Assembly (NCBI GenBank): GCA_964386445.1
Contig: CAYLRC010000001.1
Location: 1-36,311 of the forward strand
Direction: 5' to 3'
Source: Candidatus Woesearchaeota archaeon
Lineage (GTDB): Archaea; Nanobdellota; Nanobdellia; JAPDLS01; Haiyanarchaeaceae
DNA: 36,311 nt
Part shown: positions 8,298 to 16,550 of the stretch, piece after piece
How the letters are laid out: the number at the start of each line of letters is the position of its first letter
How positions within the stretch are numbered: the first letter of the stretch is position 1
The notes under the pieces: generated by a model
The model's database searches: none
What the model saw: only the letters and a program-made list of their open reading frames with translations
What the model was told of the DNA's origin: nothing
Translations under genes and position numbers: made by a program

Positions 8298-9197
8298 TTA
8301 CCTCGTTACAATCTTGGAATAGATCTTCGTTTCTAAAGCTACTGGGTAGGCAATTAATTTCCATAACGCAACTCCTTCGTTCCTCACGAGGGTTTCTTTC
8401 ATAGGATTTAATATGAAATGAAACCTCTTAACGAATTTCTCAAGTGTGTTCTGAGGCTCCACTTCACCTTTAACCAACTTCCTAACTAGCTCGTTTATCC
8501 TTTCGTAGTTAACTGATATTTTATCCTTAAACCATTTCAGCACTGGGGTTACAGCTCTATACCCTTGGGTTACTAATATGGGGCTCTCCCTCTCTCTCAA
8601 ATTTTTCAAGATTTCCTCGAGACTCTCACCCTTCACAATGGTACAGGCTATCCCAACCATGTCTAACGAATGGGCGTCACTCCCAGCTACCATACCTTTT
8701 CCAAGTTCCTTTGCTAGTTTCTCAGTCTCTGGAGTAAGAGAGAAAATAAATGGATTGTAAACTTCCAGACAATCTATTTTATCGAATTTCCTTAACTGAC
8801 TCCTCTTGAATGGGTTATAAGTACTGAGTGGGTGAGCAGCAACAACTAAAGTATCATCTTCCCTAGCCTTATCGAGAACTTCTTCGATTCTCTCTCCCCT
8901 TTTAAATTTCAAATTTTCCACATCCTCATTATAGAGAAGCAGGTGAACGATAGAGTTCGAGGGGAGAGCCACATCTAGTTCTATCCCTGGGATTAGGAGA
9001 AACTCTGGAAACTTCTTCTCAACGAACCTTTGAGCCCTCCTAAAACCTTTGGTTGTATTGTGATCGGTTATTGCAGTACCATCATAACCCTCCCTTATGC
9101 ACTCGAGGATCATATCTTCTGGGGAGCAAAGGCCATCCCACTTTAATCTATCACCTTGGGAATAAAAGGTATGGAGATGTAGTTCAAGTACTTTCAT
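8298..9197 (-). CDS. PHP-domain phosphoesterase, TrpH/YciV (COG0613)-like
   Basis: Motifs LHLHTFYSQGD, AITDHNTTKG, IPGIELDV, VAAHPLS, LEVYNPF and AGSDAHS follow the PHP/TrpH-YciV metal-ligand pattern. The ATG overlaps the RNase J TGA (ATGA at 9194-9197). Confidence 0.7.
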   Translation of the reverse strand: MKVLELHLHTFYSQGDRLKWDGLCSPEDMILECIREGYDGTAITDHNTTKGFRRAQRFVEKKFPEFLLIPGIELDVALPSNSIVHLLLYNEDVENLKFKRGERIEEVLDKAREDDTLVVAAHPLSTYNPFKRSQLRKFDKIDCLEVYNPFIFSLTPETEKLAKELGKGMVAGSDAHSLDMVGIACTIVKGESLEEILKNLRERESPILVTQGYRAVTPVLKWFKDKISVNYERINELVRKLVKGEVEPQNTLEKFVKRFHFILNPMKETLVRNEGVALWKLIAYPVALETKIYSKIVTR

Positions 9198-10522
9198 TTG
9201 ATCACCAATTTTTGAGAATTTTGTAGGATGTGAGCACTCTTTCCAAGCTCGTAATCCAATTCATTAGCTAGCTCTATAGCTTTAGCAATCTTTTGAAGCG
9301 TCCCATGAGTTGGCAGATAGTGTTGGGGCCTTAACATTTGAAGTAGCGCTCTATGATCTTCTTTGTACGCATGTCCGGAAACATGCACATCTTTGAAAAT
9401 CCTGACTTTCTTATTCCTCAACCTTCTCTCGAGTTCAGACCTATTAGCTTGGTTTATTGGTGAAGGTATGACCTCTGAGCAGAAAACCACTATATCGTTT
9501 TCCCTTAATTTTAATGGTGTTTCATCGGAAGCAATTCTAACCAAAACGGAATTTGGTTCTCCCTGGTTCCCAGTGCATATCAAAGCATACTTACCCCTGT
9601 CCTTATTTATCTTCTTCAATACTTTATTCACTTCATTTCTATAACCAAGGACTTTATTCTCCTTAGAGAAGTTGACTAGCCTTACTCTTTCAGCGCATTC
9701 TACATAATTTGCTAAGCTCCTCCCAGCTAGAATTGGTTCCCTCCCAATCCTTCGAACGAGCTCTATCATCGTCTTTATCCTAGCTATATGACTTGAGAAA
9801 GTAGTTAAGATTATTAGGTTTCCCTTACTCTCAACCCAAAATAAAATATCTTTCAACATCTCTCGAACTAAACTTTCTGAATGGGTCCTACTTTCCCTAT
9901 CTATCCTAGTTGAATCCGAAATCAATAGCTTAACCCCTTCTTTTCCAAATTTCTTGAGCTTCTCGTAATCTGTTCTCTTTCCAAGAGCTGGATATTCGTC
10001 GAACTTGAAGTCATTTGCATAAATAACCCTACCGTCTTTAGTTTCTATGCAAACGATTACTGTTTGGGGTGTAGAATGTGTAGCATAAATGAAATGGACT
10101 TTAATACCATCCCCAAGATCATAACTTGAACCTGGATTCAATCTTATTAGCTTATCATACCCACTCCCCCTATCCTCAAAAAGCTTCTTAATTACCTCAA
10201 TTGTAAAAGGGGTAGCGATCACAGGAACGTTATACTTGGGAGCTATCATTGGAATTGCACCACAGTGATCTAGGTGAGCGTGAGTACAAATCAATGCTTT
10301 AACTTCGTTCCCATACTTCTTGAAGAACTCCCTATCATCTGGAATTGCCTCCATTTCCCAAAGTTTTTCAGTTGATAACTCCGAAATATTTCCATTCTCA
10401 TACTCGATGACTTTCTCAAGCCATAGGCCAGCATCTAGAATTACAGTTCCTCCTCTCGTCCTCAAAGCACTCATATTCCTTCCTATTTCAGAATACCCAC
10501 CAATGGCAAATACTTCAATCAT
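9194..10522 (-). CDS. rnj: archaeal RNase J (metallo-beta-lactamase / beta-CASP 5'-3' exoribonuclease)
   Basis: 442 aa. CTHAHLDHCGAIP (HxHxDH), beta-CASP motifs LISDSTR, DVHVSGHAYKEDH and YLPTHG. Size and lack of KH domains fit aRNase J rather than aCPSF1. Confidence 0.85.
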   Translation of the reverse strand: MIEVFAIGGYSEIGRNMSALRTRGGTVILDAGLWLEKVIEYENGNISELSTEKLWEMEAIPDDREFFKKYGNEVKALICTHAHLDHCGAIPMIAPKYNVPVIATPFTIEVIKKLFEDRGSGYDKLIRLNPGSSYDLGDGIKVHFIYATHSTPQTVIVCIETKDGRVIYANDFKFDEYPALGKRTDYEKLKKFGKEGVKLLISDSTRIDRESRTHSESLVREMLKDILFWVESKGNLIILTTFSSHIARIKTMIELVRRIGREPILAGRSLANYVECAERVRLVNFSKENKVLGYRNEVNKVLKKINKDRGKYALICTGNQGEPNSVLVRIASDETPLKLRENDIVVFCSEVIPSPINQANRSELERRLRNKKVRIFKDVHVSGHAYKEDHRALLQMLRPQHYLPTHGTLQKIAKAIELANELDYELGKSAHILQNSQKLVIK

Positions 10523-11166
10523 ACTACTATCTCTTCCTCAGCTATTAAGTTATTATCTCTAAAGAGCTTTGCTTCCCCACTCCAATGAGCATCATATATC
10601 GAGAAATCTTCATAACCACTAAATTTCCCGTTCTTCTCCGTCTCTAGAAGGACTTCATGTAAAGGCATGGGTGGGGAACTAATGAAGAGGGAGGACTTGG
10701 AAAAATCAACTATTTTGAAATATAAGATTAATTTTACATTCTTGGATCGGCTTTCATTTACCAATCTCTCCATCTCGTCTATGTCTGAAGTATCGAATCT
10801 CAAGGAAAGTACATCCCTCAACCTCTCGTTGAATTTAGGACGCCAAATAGGAAGGGTAAAATTCCATGCTGATTTATCCGATATTAGATCTAGCTCAATT
10901 TTATCATATACTTCCCCTCCTCCAACATTTTTTGGTAAGACTACTTCAAGCTTGAAGAAGCCTCTAACTCTCGAGAACTTAATCCCAACTTCTTCATCTG
11001 TTAAAAGCGCCTTATTCTCACCAACCTCTTCTAAGGAAAGAGTTGTTTGATTTTGAACTAGTCCTACACTTTCATTAGTTGGTGGAGAGTAATAAACATA
11101 GGAGAAGAATGCTCCAGCTAGCACTAAAGCTATTAGAAGGGCTAAAAAATAATCTTTGAGTTCCAT
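10519..11166 (-). CDS. hypothetical N-terminally membrane-anchored protein (first gene of the RNase J operon)
   Basis: ATG 11166 and a single N-terminal TM (YFLALLIALVLAGAFFSYVYY). The remainder is hydrophilic with no motif I recognise. Its stop overlaps the RNase J ATG (ATGA at 10519-10522). Confidence 0.5.
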   Translation of the reverse strand: MELKDYFLALLIALVLAGAFFSYVYYSPPTNESVGLVQNQTTLSLEEVGENKALLTDEEVGIKFSRVRGFFKLEVVLPKNVGGGEVYDKIELDLISDKSAWNFTLPIWRPKFNERLRDVLSLRFDTSDIDEMERLVNESRSKNVKLILYFKIVDFSKSSLFISSPPMPLHEVLLETEKNGKFSGYEDFSIYDAHWSGEAKLFRDNNLIAEEEIVV

Positions 11167-11210
11167 GTCTCCTTAAAAGTTTATAAGGTATTTATTTTTT
11201 TCTATGAGTA

Positions 11211-11450
11211 ATGGAAAGAAAACCGATCCACAAGTTAATCCGCATCTTCCATAAGGAGAGGGAAAAACTAAATGAAATTGTAGTGGTGATAAGGCATAGG
11301 GTAGGAAAAGAAGAGGTTTTAAAGGAGATAGATGGTTCCTCCATACTTTACGTTAAGAAAGATGGTTTTTATTTCAATGAGGATAAAAACGAGAAGGAGA
11401 TGACTTTCATCCCAAGTCATAGGATGGTGGAGGTAAGGAAAAAATGTTAG
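11211..11450 (+). CDS. small UPF0248 / DUF504 (MJ1316-domain)-like protein
   Basis: 79 aa. IHKLIRIFH ... EIVVVIRHR ... MTFIPSHRMVEV follows the UPF0248 pattern (L..I.W, y.i.y.R, IP.HRI.eI). It overlaps the tgtA ATG by 7 nt. Confidence 0.5.
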   Translation: MERKPIHKLIRIFHKEREKLNEIVVVIRHRVGKEEVLKEIDGSSILYVKKDGFYFNEDKNEKEMTFIPSHRMVEVRKKC

Positions 11451-13192
11451 AAGTCAAGTACCACGATGGCCTAGCTAGATTAGGGATACTGCACACGAGG
11501 CATGGTAAAGTTAAGCTACCAGTCTTCTGTCCAGTTGTGAATCCAAACAAACTTGTAGTTAAGCCAGAAGAAATTCACAAGAAATTCAAAGCGGAACTAA
11601 TAATGACAAATAGCTACATAATCTACAAGAACAAGGAACTGAGAGAGGTTGCTAGAGAGAAAGGAGTTCATAATTTACTGAATTTTCCCAAGGCAATTAT
11701 GGTTGATAACGGAGGTTATCAAATTCACATCTACAAAAATGTTGAAATATCCCCTTCTGAGATCTTCAAATTTCAGGAGGAAATAAAACCAGATATAGGC
11801 ATAGTTCTCGATTATCCAACTTCCTCTTCGATGAGTAAGGAAGAAGCCCTTGAGACAGTCGAAGTAACCTTGAGGAATGCTAGGGAAGGGGTAAGGATGA
11901 GAAAGAGGAGAGGGATAATTTGGTCTGCTCCAATTCAAGGAGGAAGATATTTTGACTTGATTAAAAAATGTGCTAGAGAGCTTAGTAAATTACCCTATGT
12001 TATGCATTCTTTAGGAGAGCCCGTTCAATTCCTAAACAATTACGAATTTAAGCTTGTTGCTGAGATGATCTATAATGCTAAGGCCAACCTACCAATAAAT
12101 AGAGCTTTCCATTTATTTGGAGCCGGCTTACCATCTTTTATGCCTTTAGCCGCATTGCTCGGATGTGACATTTTCGATAGTGCTTCCTATGCACTCTTTG
12201 CTAGAGATGATAGATACATGACTGAATTTGGAACCCTTAGATTGGATGAAATTGAAGAATTTCCATGCGAATGTGAAGTTTGCAGTAAGTATAGTGTTGA
12301 AGAAGTGAGGGAAATGTTGAAATGGGAGAGGGAGAGATTTCTAGCCTTGCATAATCTCTACGTCCTCTTCAAGACGATGAGAGAAATTAGAGTAGCGATA
12401 AGGGAAAATAGGCTCTTCGAGCTCTGTGCTATGAGGTGTAGGAGTCATCCAAAATTGCTAGAGGCCTTTATTTTCTCCTTAAAGAGGTTTAGGAAGCTCT
12501 TTGAGAAATTCGATCCAATAAGGAAGAGGAGGGGGCTTTTCTACACAGGAAAGGAGACATTCCTAAGACCAGAAGTTGTCAGGGCGAAGAAAAGGGTGAA
12601 GGAGATTTTTGGGAAGGAAGAAGTTCCTAGGGAGCTTGATCAAAGTTATCCTTTCTTCCAATCCCTTTCCATAGAAGGGAAGGATTTATTCAAATTTGAA
12701 AGAAAGAGGAAGGTTTCGGATCTCCAAAGATTGAGGAAAATTGCAGATTATCAATTCGGCAAGGGTATAGGCAAGCTCCTTTTCCCAAGAAATGTCGAGA
12801 TTATAAAGAGCCCGAGGACTCAAAGGATAAGACAAATCTTTCTCAATAAGAAATTGGTGGCAACATTCAGATGTGATGATGGATTACTATGCTTGAGGAT
12901 AGAGGGAGCTAAGAGGATTTTGAAGAAGTTGAAGGGGAAGAAGGTGTTCTTGAAGAAGAACCCAGAGTTTGAGGAACTTGTTAGGAAGGGGAGGGATGTT
13001 TTCACAAACTTCATAGAGAAGGTGGAAGGTGAGATCATCCCTAGGGAAGAGGTCATAGTCCTAAGTTCTGATTCTGAGCTCCTTGGAGTTGGTGAAGCAG
13101 TCTTAAGTTCTGAAGAAATGAGGTTACTCAAAAGGGGAGTTGCAGTTAAGGTGAGAGAAGGAGCTTATCGCTCGAAGACTATGGAAGCATAG
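11444..13192 (+). CDS. tgtA: archaeosine tRNA-guanine transglycosylase (ArcTGT) with C-terminal PUA region
   Basis: 582 aa. N-terminus MLEVKYHDGLARLGILHTRHGKVKLPVF, catalytic VLDYPT, zinc site CECEVCSKY...LHNLY, and a long C-terminal extension ending GVAVKVREG (PUA-like). Confidence 0.9.
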   Translation: MLEVKYHDGLARLGILHTRHGKVKLPVFCPVVNPNKLVVKPEEIHKKFKAELIMTNSYIIYKNKELREVAREKGVHNLLNFPKAIMVDNGGYQIHIYKNVEISPSEIFKFQEEIKPDIGIVLDYPTSSSMSKEEALETVEVTLRNAREGVRMRKRRGIIWSAPIQGGRYFDLIKKCARELSKLPYVMHSLGEPVQFLNNYEFKLVAEMIYNAKANLPINRAFHLFGAGLPSFMPLAALLGCDIFDSASYALFARDDRYMTEFGTLRLDEIEEFPCECEVCSKYSVEEVREMLKWERERFLALHNLYVLFKTMREIRVAIRENRLFELCAMRCRSHPKLLEAFIFSLKRFRKLFEKFDPIRKRRGLFYTGKETFLRPEVVRAKKRVKEIFGKEEVPRELDQSYPFFQSLSIEGKDLFKFERKRKVSDLQRLRKIADYQFGKGIGKLLFPRNVEIIKSPRTQRIRQIFLNKKLVATFRCDDGLLCLRIEGAKRILKKLKGKKVFLKKNPEFEELVRKGRDVFTNFIEKVEGEIIPREEVIVLSSDSELLGVGEAVLSSEEMRLLKRGVAVKVREGAYRSKTMEA

Positions 13193-14028
13193 CCAACAGC
13201 GTTGCTATAATCTTTCACTACATCTCCGCTCGTATAGTATTTCAATAGTTTACCCTTAGCCCCAAATTTCTTCATGAGGATGAGGAGTACGGTTATTGGA
13301 AGCCAACCACATATTGTTCTTCCTTCCCCATATACTTTCTTAAAGAATTCCTCGAACTCCAAATTTAGGATTAGGTCTATCATCTCCCTATCTAATTTAT
13401 ACAAGTTTTCCTTTACCTCGCTTAAAAATGGTAGATATCCATACATTGGGCCGTAGTGGGTGAAATCTGAGCTAGCGAGAACGACGAAACTCCTTAAATC
13501 CTTCAAGACTTCCCAAAAATTCTCCGCTGTCTCTATGCACTCATCTAAATTTAGATCTCTAAAGATAACAGGACAAAATTTGAAATCTGGTTGGATGAAT
13601 TGAATAAATGGGAGTTGAACTTCTATGCTGTGTTCGTAAGCATGAGCTACCTCATCAACCTCTGCTATTCCTTTCTCAACAATTTTCCTAACGAACTCCT
13701 TATCAATTTTACATACACCTAAAGGAGTCTCCCAATCTATGGCTGAGGTAGCTACTCTCTTCCCCATCCCATGATGGTTTGTACCGAGGATTAGGAAAAG
13801 GTCCACCCTACCCACTTTACTTATTTCATAGTAAGCATGTGAAGCGCAAGGTCCGGAAAATACGTAGCCAGCGTGAGGAACAATAGCTCCCAAAATTTTC
13901 TTCTTCCCTCTACTTTTTCCTGGTAATTTCCCGACACCAAAATCGGATAAGAAGCATTCCTCTATTTCCTTCAATAACCCATCTTTTTCCGCATTATAAA
14001 ATTGTCCAGCAACTACAGGCTTCCTCAT
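13165..14028 (-). CDS. MEMO1-family protein (AmmeMemoRadiSam system protein B-like)
   Basis: PVVAGQFYNAEKDGLLKEIEECF, IVPHAGYVFSGPCASHAYY, GTNHHG and SSDFTHYGP are hallmark MEMO motifs. Its 3' end overlaps the tgtA 3' end by 28 nt (convergent). Confidence 0.8.
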   Translation of the reverse strand: MRKPVVAGQFYNAEKDGLLKEIEECFLSDFGVGKLPGKSRGKKKILGAIVPHAGYVFSGPCASHAYYEISKVGRVDLFLILGTNHHGMGKRVATSAIDWETPLGVCKIDKEFVRKIVEKGIAEVDEVAHAYEHSIEVQLPFIQFIQPDFKFCPVIFRDLNLDECIETAENFWEVLKDLRSFVVLASSDFTHYGPMYGYLPFLSEVKENLYKLDREMIDLILNLEFEEFFKKVYGEGRTICGWLPITVLLILMKKFGAKGKLLKYYTSGDVVKDYSNAVGYASIVFER

Positions 14029-14036
14029 ATCTTAAA

Positions 14037-14636
14037 TTACATGAAGTCTTTTACCTCATACTTAAAATCTTCATCCTTCTTTATTGCTCCTTTCAGCTTT
14101 AAAAACTCTCTAGCGAGGAGCCAGAAAATCAAAGCTAAGGATTTCCTAGATTTGTTATTACATGGAATTATGAGATCTATATTCGAAGGTGTTGTATTAG
14201 CATCGCAAAGAGCAATAATTGGTATATTAACTTTCAAAGCATCTTGCAAAGCTACCCTATCAATCCATGGATCACATATAAGTATTACTTTAGGTTCCAT
14301 GTAAACCTCTTCGTGACTTGGATTCGTTAAGGTACCTGGCAAATATCTCCCAGTTATCGTCTTTATTCCCGTAACCTCTGAAAATTTCTCTAATGGATTC
14401 TTACAAGTATCCCTCCTACCAACTACTAGGATTTCATTTGGAGAAAATTGAGCTAAAAACTTGGCAGCAATTCTTAACCTCTCATCAATTTTCCTTATGT
14501 CTAAGATGCTTAAACCATCATTTCTTATCCTAAATATGAATTCCTTCATGAATTTTGTCCTATATCTCCCACTTACATGAACTCCCGCAGCTAAATATTT
14601 TTCCCTAGAGATCAAGAGTTCATTTCCCCCTTTCAC
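14037..14636 (-). CDS. rps2: 30S ribosomal protein S2 (uS2)
   Basis: LISREKYLAAGVHVSGRYRTKFMKEFIFRIRNDGLSILDIRKIDERLRIAAKFL matches the archaeal uS2 N-terminus. GTG start at 14636 (start uncertain). The conserved archaeal eno-rps2 neighbourhood supports the call. Confidence 0.85.
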   Translation of the reverse strand: MKGGNELLISREKYLAAGVHVSGRYRTKFMKEFIFRIRNDGLSILDIRKIDERLRIAAKFLAQFSPNEILVVGRRDTCKNPLEKFSEVTGIKTITGRYLPGTLTNPSHEEVYMEPKVILICDPWIDRVALQDALKVNIPIIALCDANTTPSNIDLIIPCNNKSRKSLALIFWLLAREFLKLKGAIKKDEDFKYEVKDFM

Positions 14637-15774
14637 TTTTCATCTCCTCCTCTATTTTCATGAGCCTTTTCAGTTTGAGTACCCTTTCCCTTGTCACCAC
14701 GCTTATCTTGTACATCTCGCATCCAACGGAGAGATCTGCAAATATTTTTTCTGGAGTCTCCAAAGATCTATGAGAGAAAGTTCTCAAGAATTTAAATTTT
14801 TTTGCTTCCTTCATGAACTGCAGAGTTTCTAGGAGGGAATAGCATTGATTTGGCTTTACTATACAAGAATTTACAGCTCCATTTTTCCTAGCGATCCTTA
14901 ACCTCTCAACATTTGTTGAAAGCAAATCATCTCCACAAATCAACACCTTCCCACCAAAGAACTTCCTCAGCTTTGCAAAACTCTCAAAATCCTCTTGTTG
15001 GAATGGATCTTCAACATACTTTAAATCATATTCCTCTATTAAGAACTTCATATATTTGAGTTGACTATCCTTATCTAAGTATCCCCTCCCGTACTTATAC
15101 TTCCCTCTCTCCCAAAAGGAAGAGGCAGCAACATCCAATCCCAAGTTTATCTTAACTCCAAGCTTATAGCTCAGCTTCTGTACAACATTGCAAAGGAGGT
15201 TTAGTACTTCCTCATTACTCAATTTGGTTATTAATCCTCCTTCCAAACCGATCCTGAATGGGTAGCCATGTTTCTTCAAGCTCCTCAAAGCTTCTTTGTA
15301 TACAAGTTTATTCACCTCTACGTTTTTCTTCACACTTAGCCCTTCTGGGAATACGAGGAATTCTTGAAATTCCGGACATTTCCTCAACCCGACAGAGTGC
15401 TTCCCTCCCCCAAAAATCTTCGAAATTATAATTGGAAGCTTCTCCCCAAGTTCGAGCAGTCTCCATGGTTGGACTTTCTTCTCTTTGGCGAGGGCTTTTA
15501 AGATAGCTAGAGAAAGTGGTAAACACTTGGTTTTCTTCTCAATTGAGAAAATATCTTCAACCTTTGAGAATTCTCTCCCTTCAAGTTCCTTCCCAAGTTT
15601 CCTTAACTTCCTAATTTCTTTCTTGAAATCAAATTTATATTCAAATTTACTTTTGCTAGTTCCGGAAGGAACTGATGCTTTAAATTTTCCAACACTTGTA
15701 AAAATTGTAACTTGGATAAATTTCCTACCAATCGAATTTACTCCTTTCTCAACCCTTAACTTGAAGAATTTCAA
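14620..15774 (-). CDS. eno: enolase, short and divergent
   Basis: TTG start 2 nt after the rrp42 stop, with no in-frame ATG nearby. Readable enolase landmarks: SVPSGTSKSKFEY (for SGASTG..EA), GGGKHS, PEFQEFLVFP, GLEGGL, LDVAAS, YVEDPF, CGDDLLSTN, VKPNQ, SHRSLET and YKIS..RERVLKLKRLMKIEEE. 384 aa against a usual length of about 430. Confidence 0.75.
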   Translation of the reverse strand: MKFFKLRVEKGVNSIGRKFIQVTIFTSVGKFKASVPSGTSKSKFEYKFDFKKEIRKLRKLGKELEGREFSKVEDIFSIEKKTKCLPLSLAILKALAKEKKVQPWRLLELGEKLPIIISKIFGGGKHSVGLRKCPEFQEFLVFPEGLSVKKNVEVNKLVYKEALRSLKKHGYPFRIGLEGGLITKLSNEEVLNLLCNVVQKLSYKLGVKINLGLDVAASSFWERGKYKYGRGYLDKDSQLKYMKFLIEEYDLKYVEDPFQQEDFESFAKLRKFFGGKVLICGDDLLSTNVERLRIARKNGAVNSCIVKPNQCYSLLETLQFMKEAKKFKFLRTFSHRSLETPEKIFADLSVGCEMYKISVVTRERVLKLKRLMKIEEEMKSERGK

Positions 15775-15776
15775 TT

Positions 15777-16550
15777 CTACACCTTCTTAAAGAGTTGTCT
15801 AAGTTCTCTACCTTTCCTTATAGCCATTTCGACGCATTTCGAGATTTCATCCTCTCTTAAGCCAGTATTCTTCCCCAGTTTCTGGAGAGCATTTACCTTC
15901 CCACCACTGGTCGTTGTTACACTTAGCCCAACATCCATTGCAACTTCTTCTCTCAAGCAGGGATCAATCAAAAATCTATTCCCAATCTTCGCGAATGTAC
16001 AACAAATTGGGAGTTTCCTTATCGGTAGCTTCTCATTCGTTAGCTCCCCATACACAATTTTCTCATCTTCAACTTTTGGGAACCTTGCATTAAGCAGAGC
16101 CCCCAAAGCTGCTAATGCACTTGCATCTATTAAATTACCATCGTGATTCAAAACATAAATATCAACGTAAATCAACCACACCTTTTCTCCTTCCTTAATA
16201 CATAACTTACTAAGGTCAATCGCATTACTTTCCCTAATACCTCTATCTACTACCCTAGCAACTTCTATTGCCTCCCCACTTGGTGGGCCTGGCTCAAATT
16301 CTGGAGAAGCGATTGGGGCAAATTCCGTATTTACAATAAAAGCACCTTCGTCAGGTCTATCTGGATATGGTTCACCAAATTCCATCTTCACCCCAGCAAT
16401 TACTTTAGTTTCTCCTAAGGAAACGAGGGCAGAGCCGTCAGCATTCTTGGAAACATTGAACTTTATTCTAACAGGTCTATATTGGAAAAATTTCCTACCG
16501 TCGATCCTCATACCCTTATTTATCAAGTCCACAATGTACTTATACGTCAT
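15777..16550 (-). CDS. rrp42: exosome complex subunit Rrp42
   Basis: The ORF track starts at GTG 16559. ATG 16550 lies 5 nt downstream of a perfect GGAGGTGA (16563-16556), so I use it. RIDGRKFFQYRPVRIKFNVSKNADGSALVSLGETKVIAGVK and EFEPGPPSGEAIEVARVVDRGIRES are typical Rrp42. Confidence 0.85.
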   Translation of the reverse strand: MTYKYIVDLINKGMRIDGRKFFQYRPVRIKFNVSKNADGSALVSLGETKVIAGVKMEFGEPYPDRPDEGAFIVNTEFAPIASPEFEPGPPSGEAIEVARVVDRGIRESNAIDLSKLCIKEGEKVWLIYVDIYVLNHDGNLIDASALAALGALLNARFPKVEDEKIVYGELTNEKLPIRKLPICCTFAKIGNRFLIDPCLREEVAMDVGLSVTTTSGGKVNALQKLGKNTGLREDEISKCVEMAIRKGRELRQLFKKV

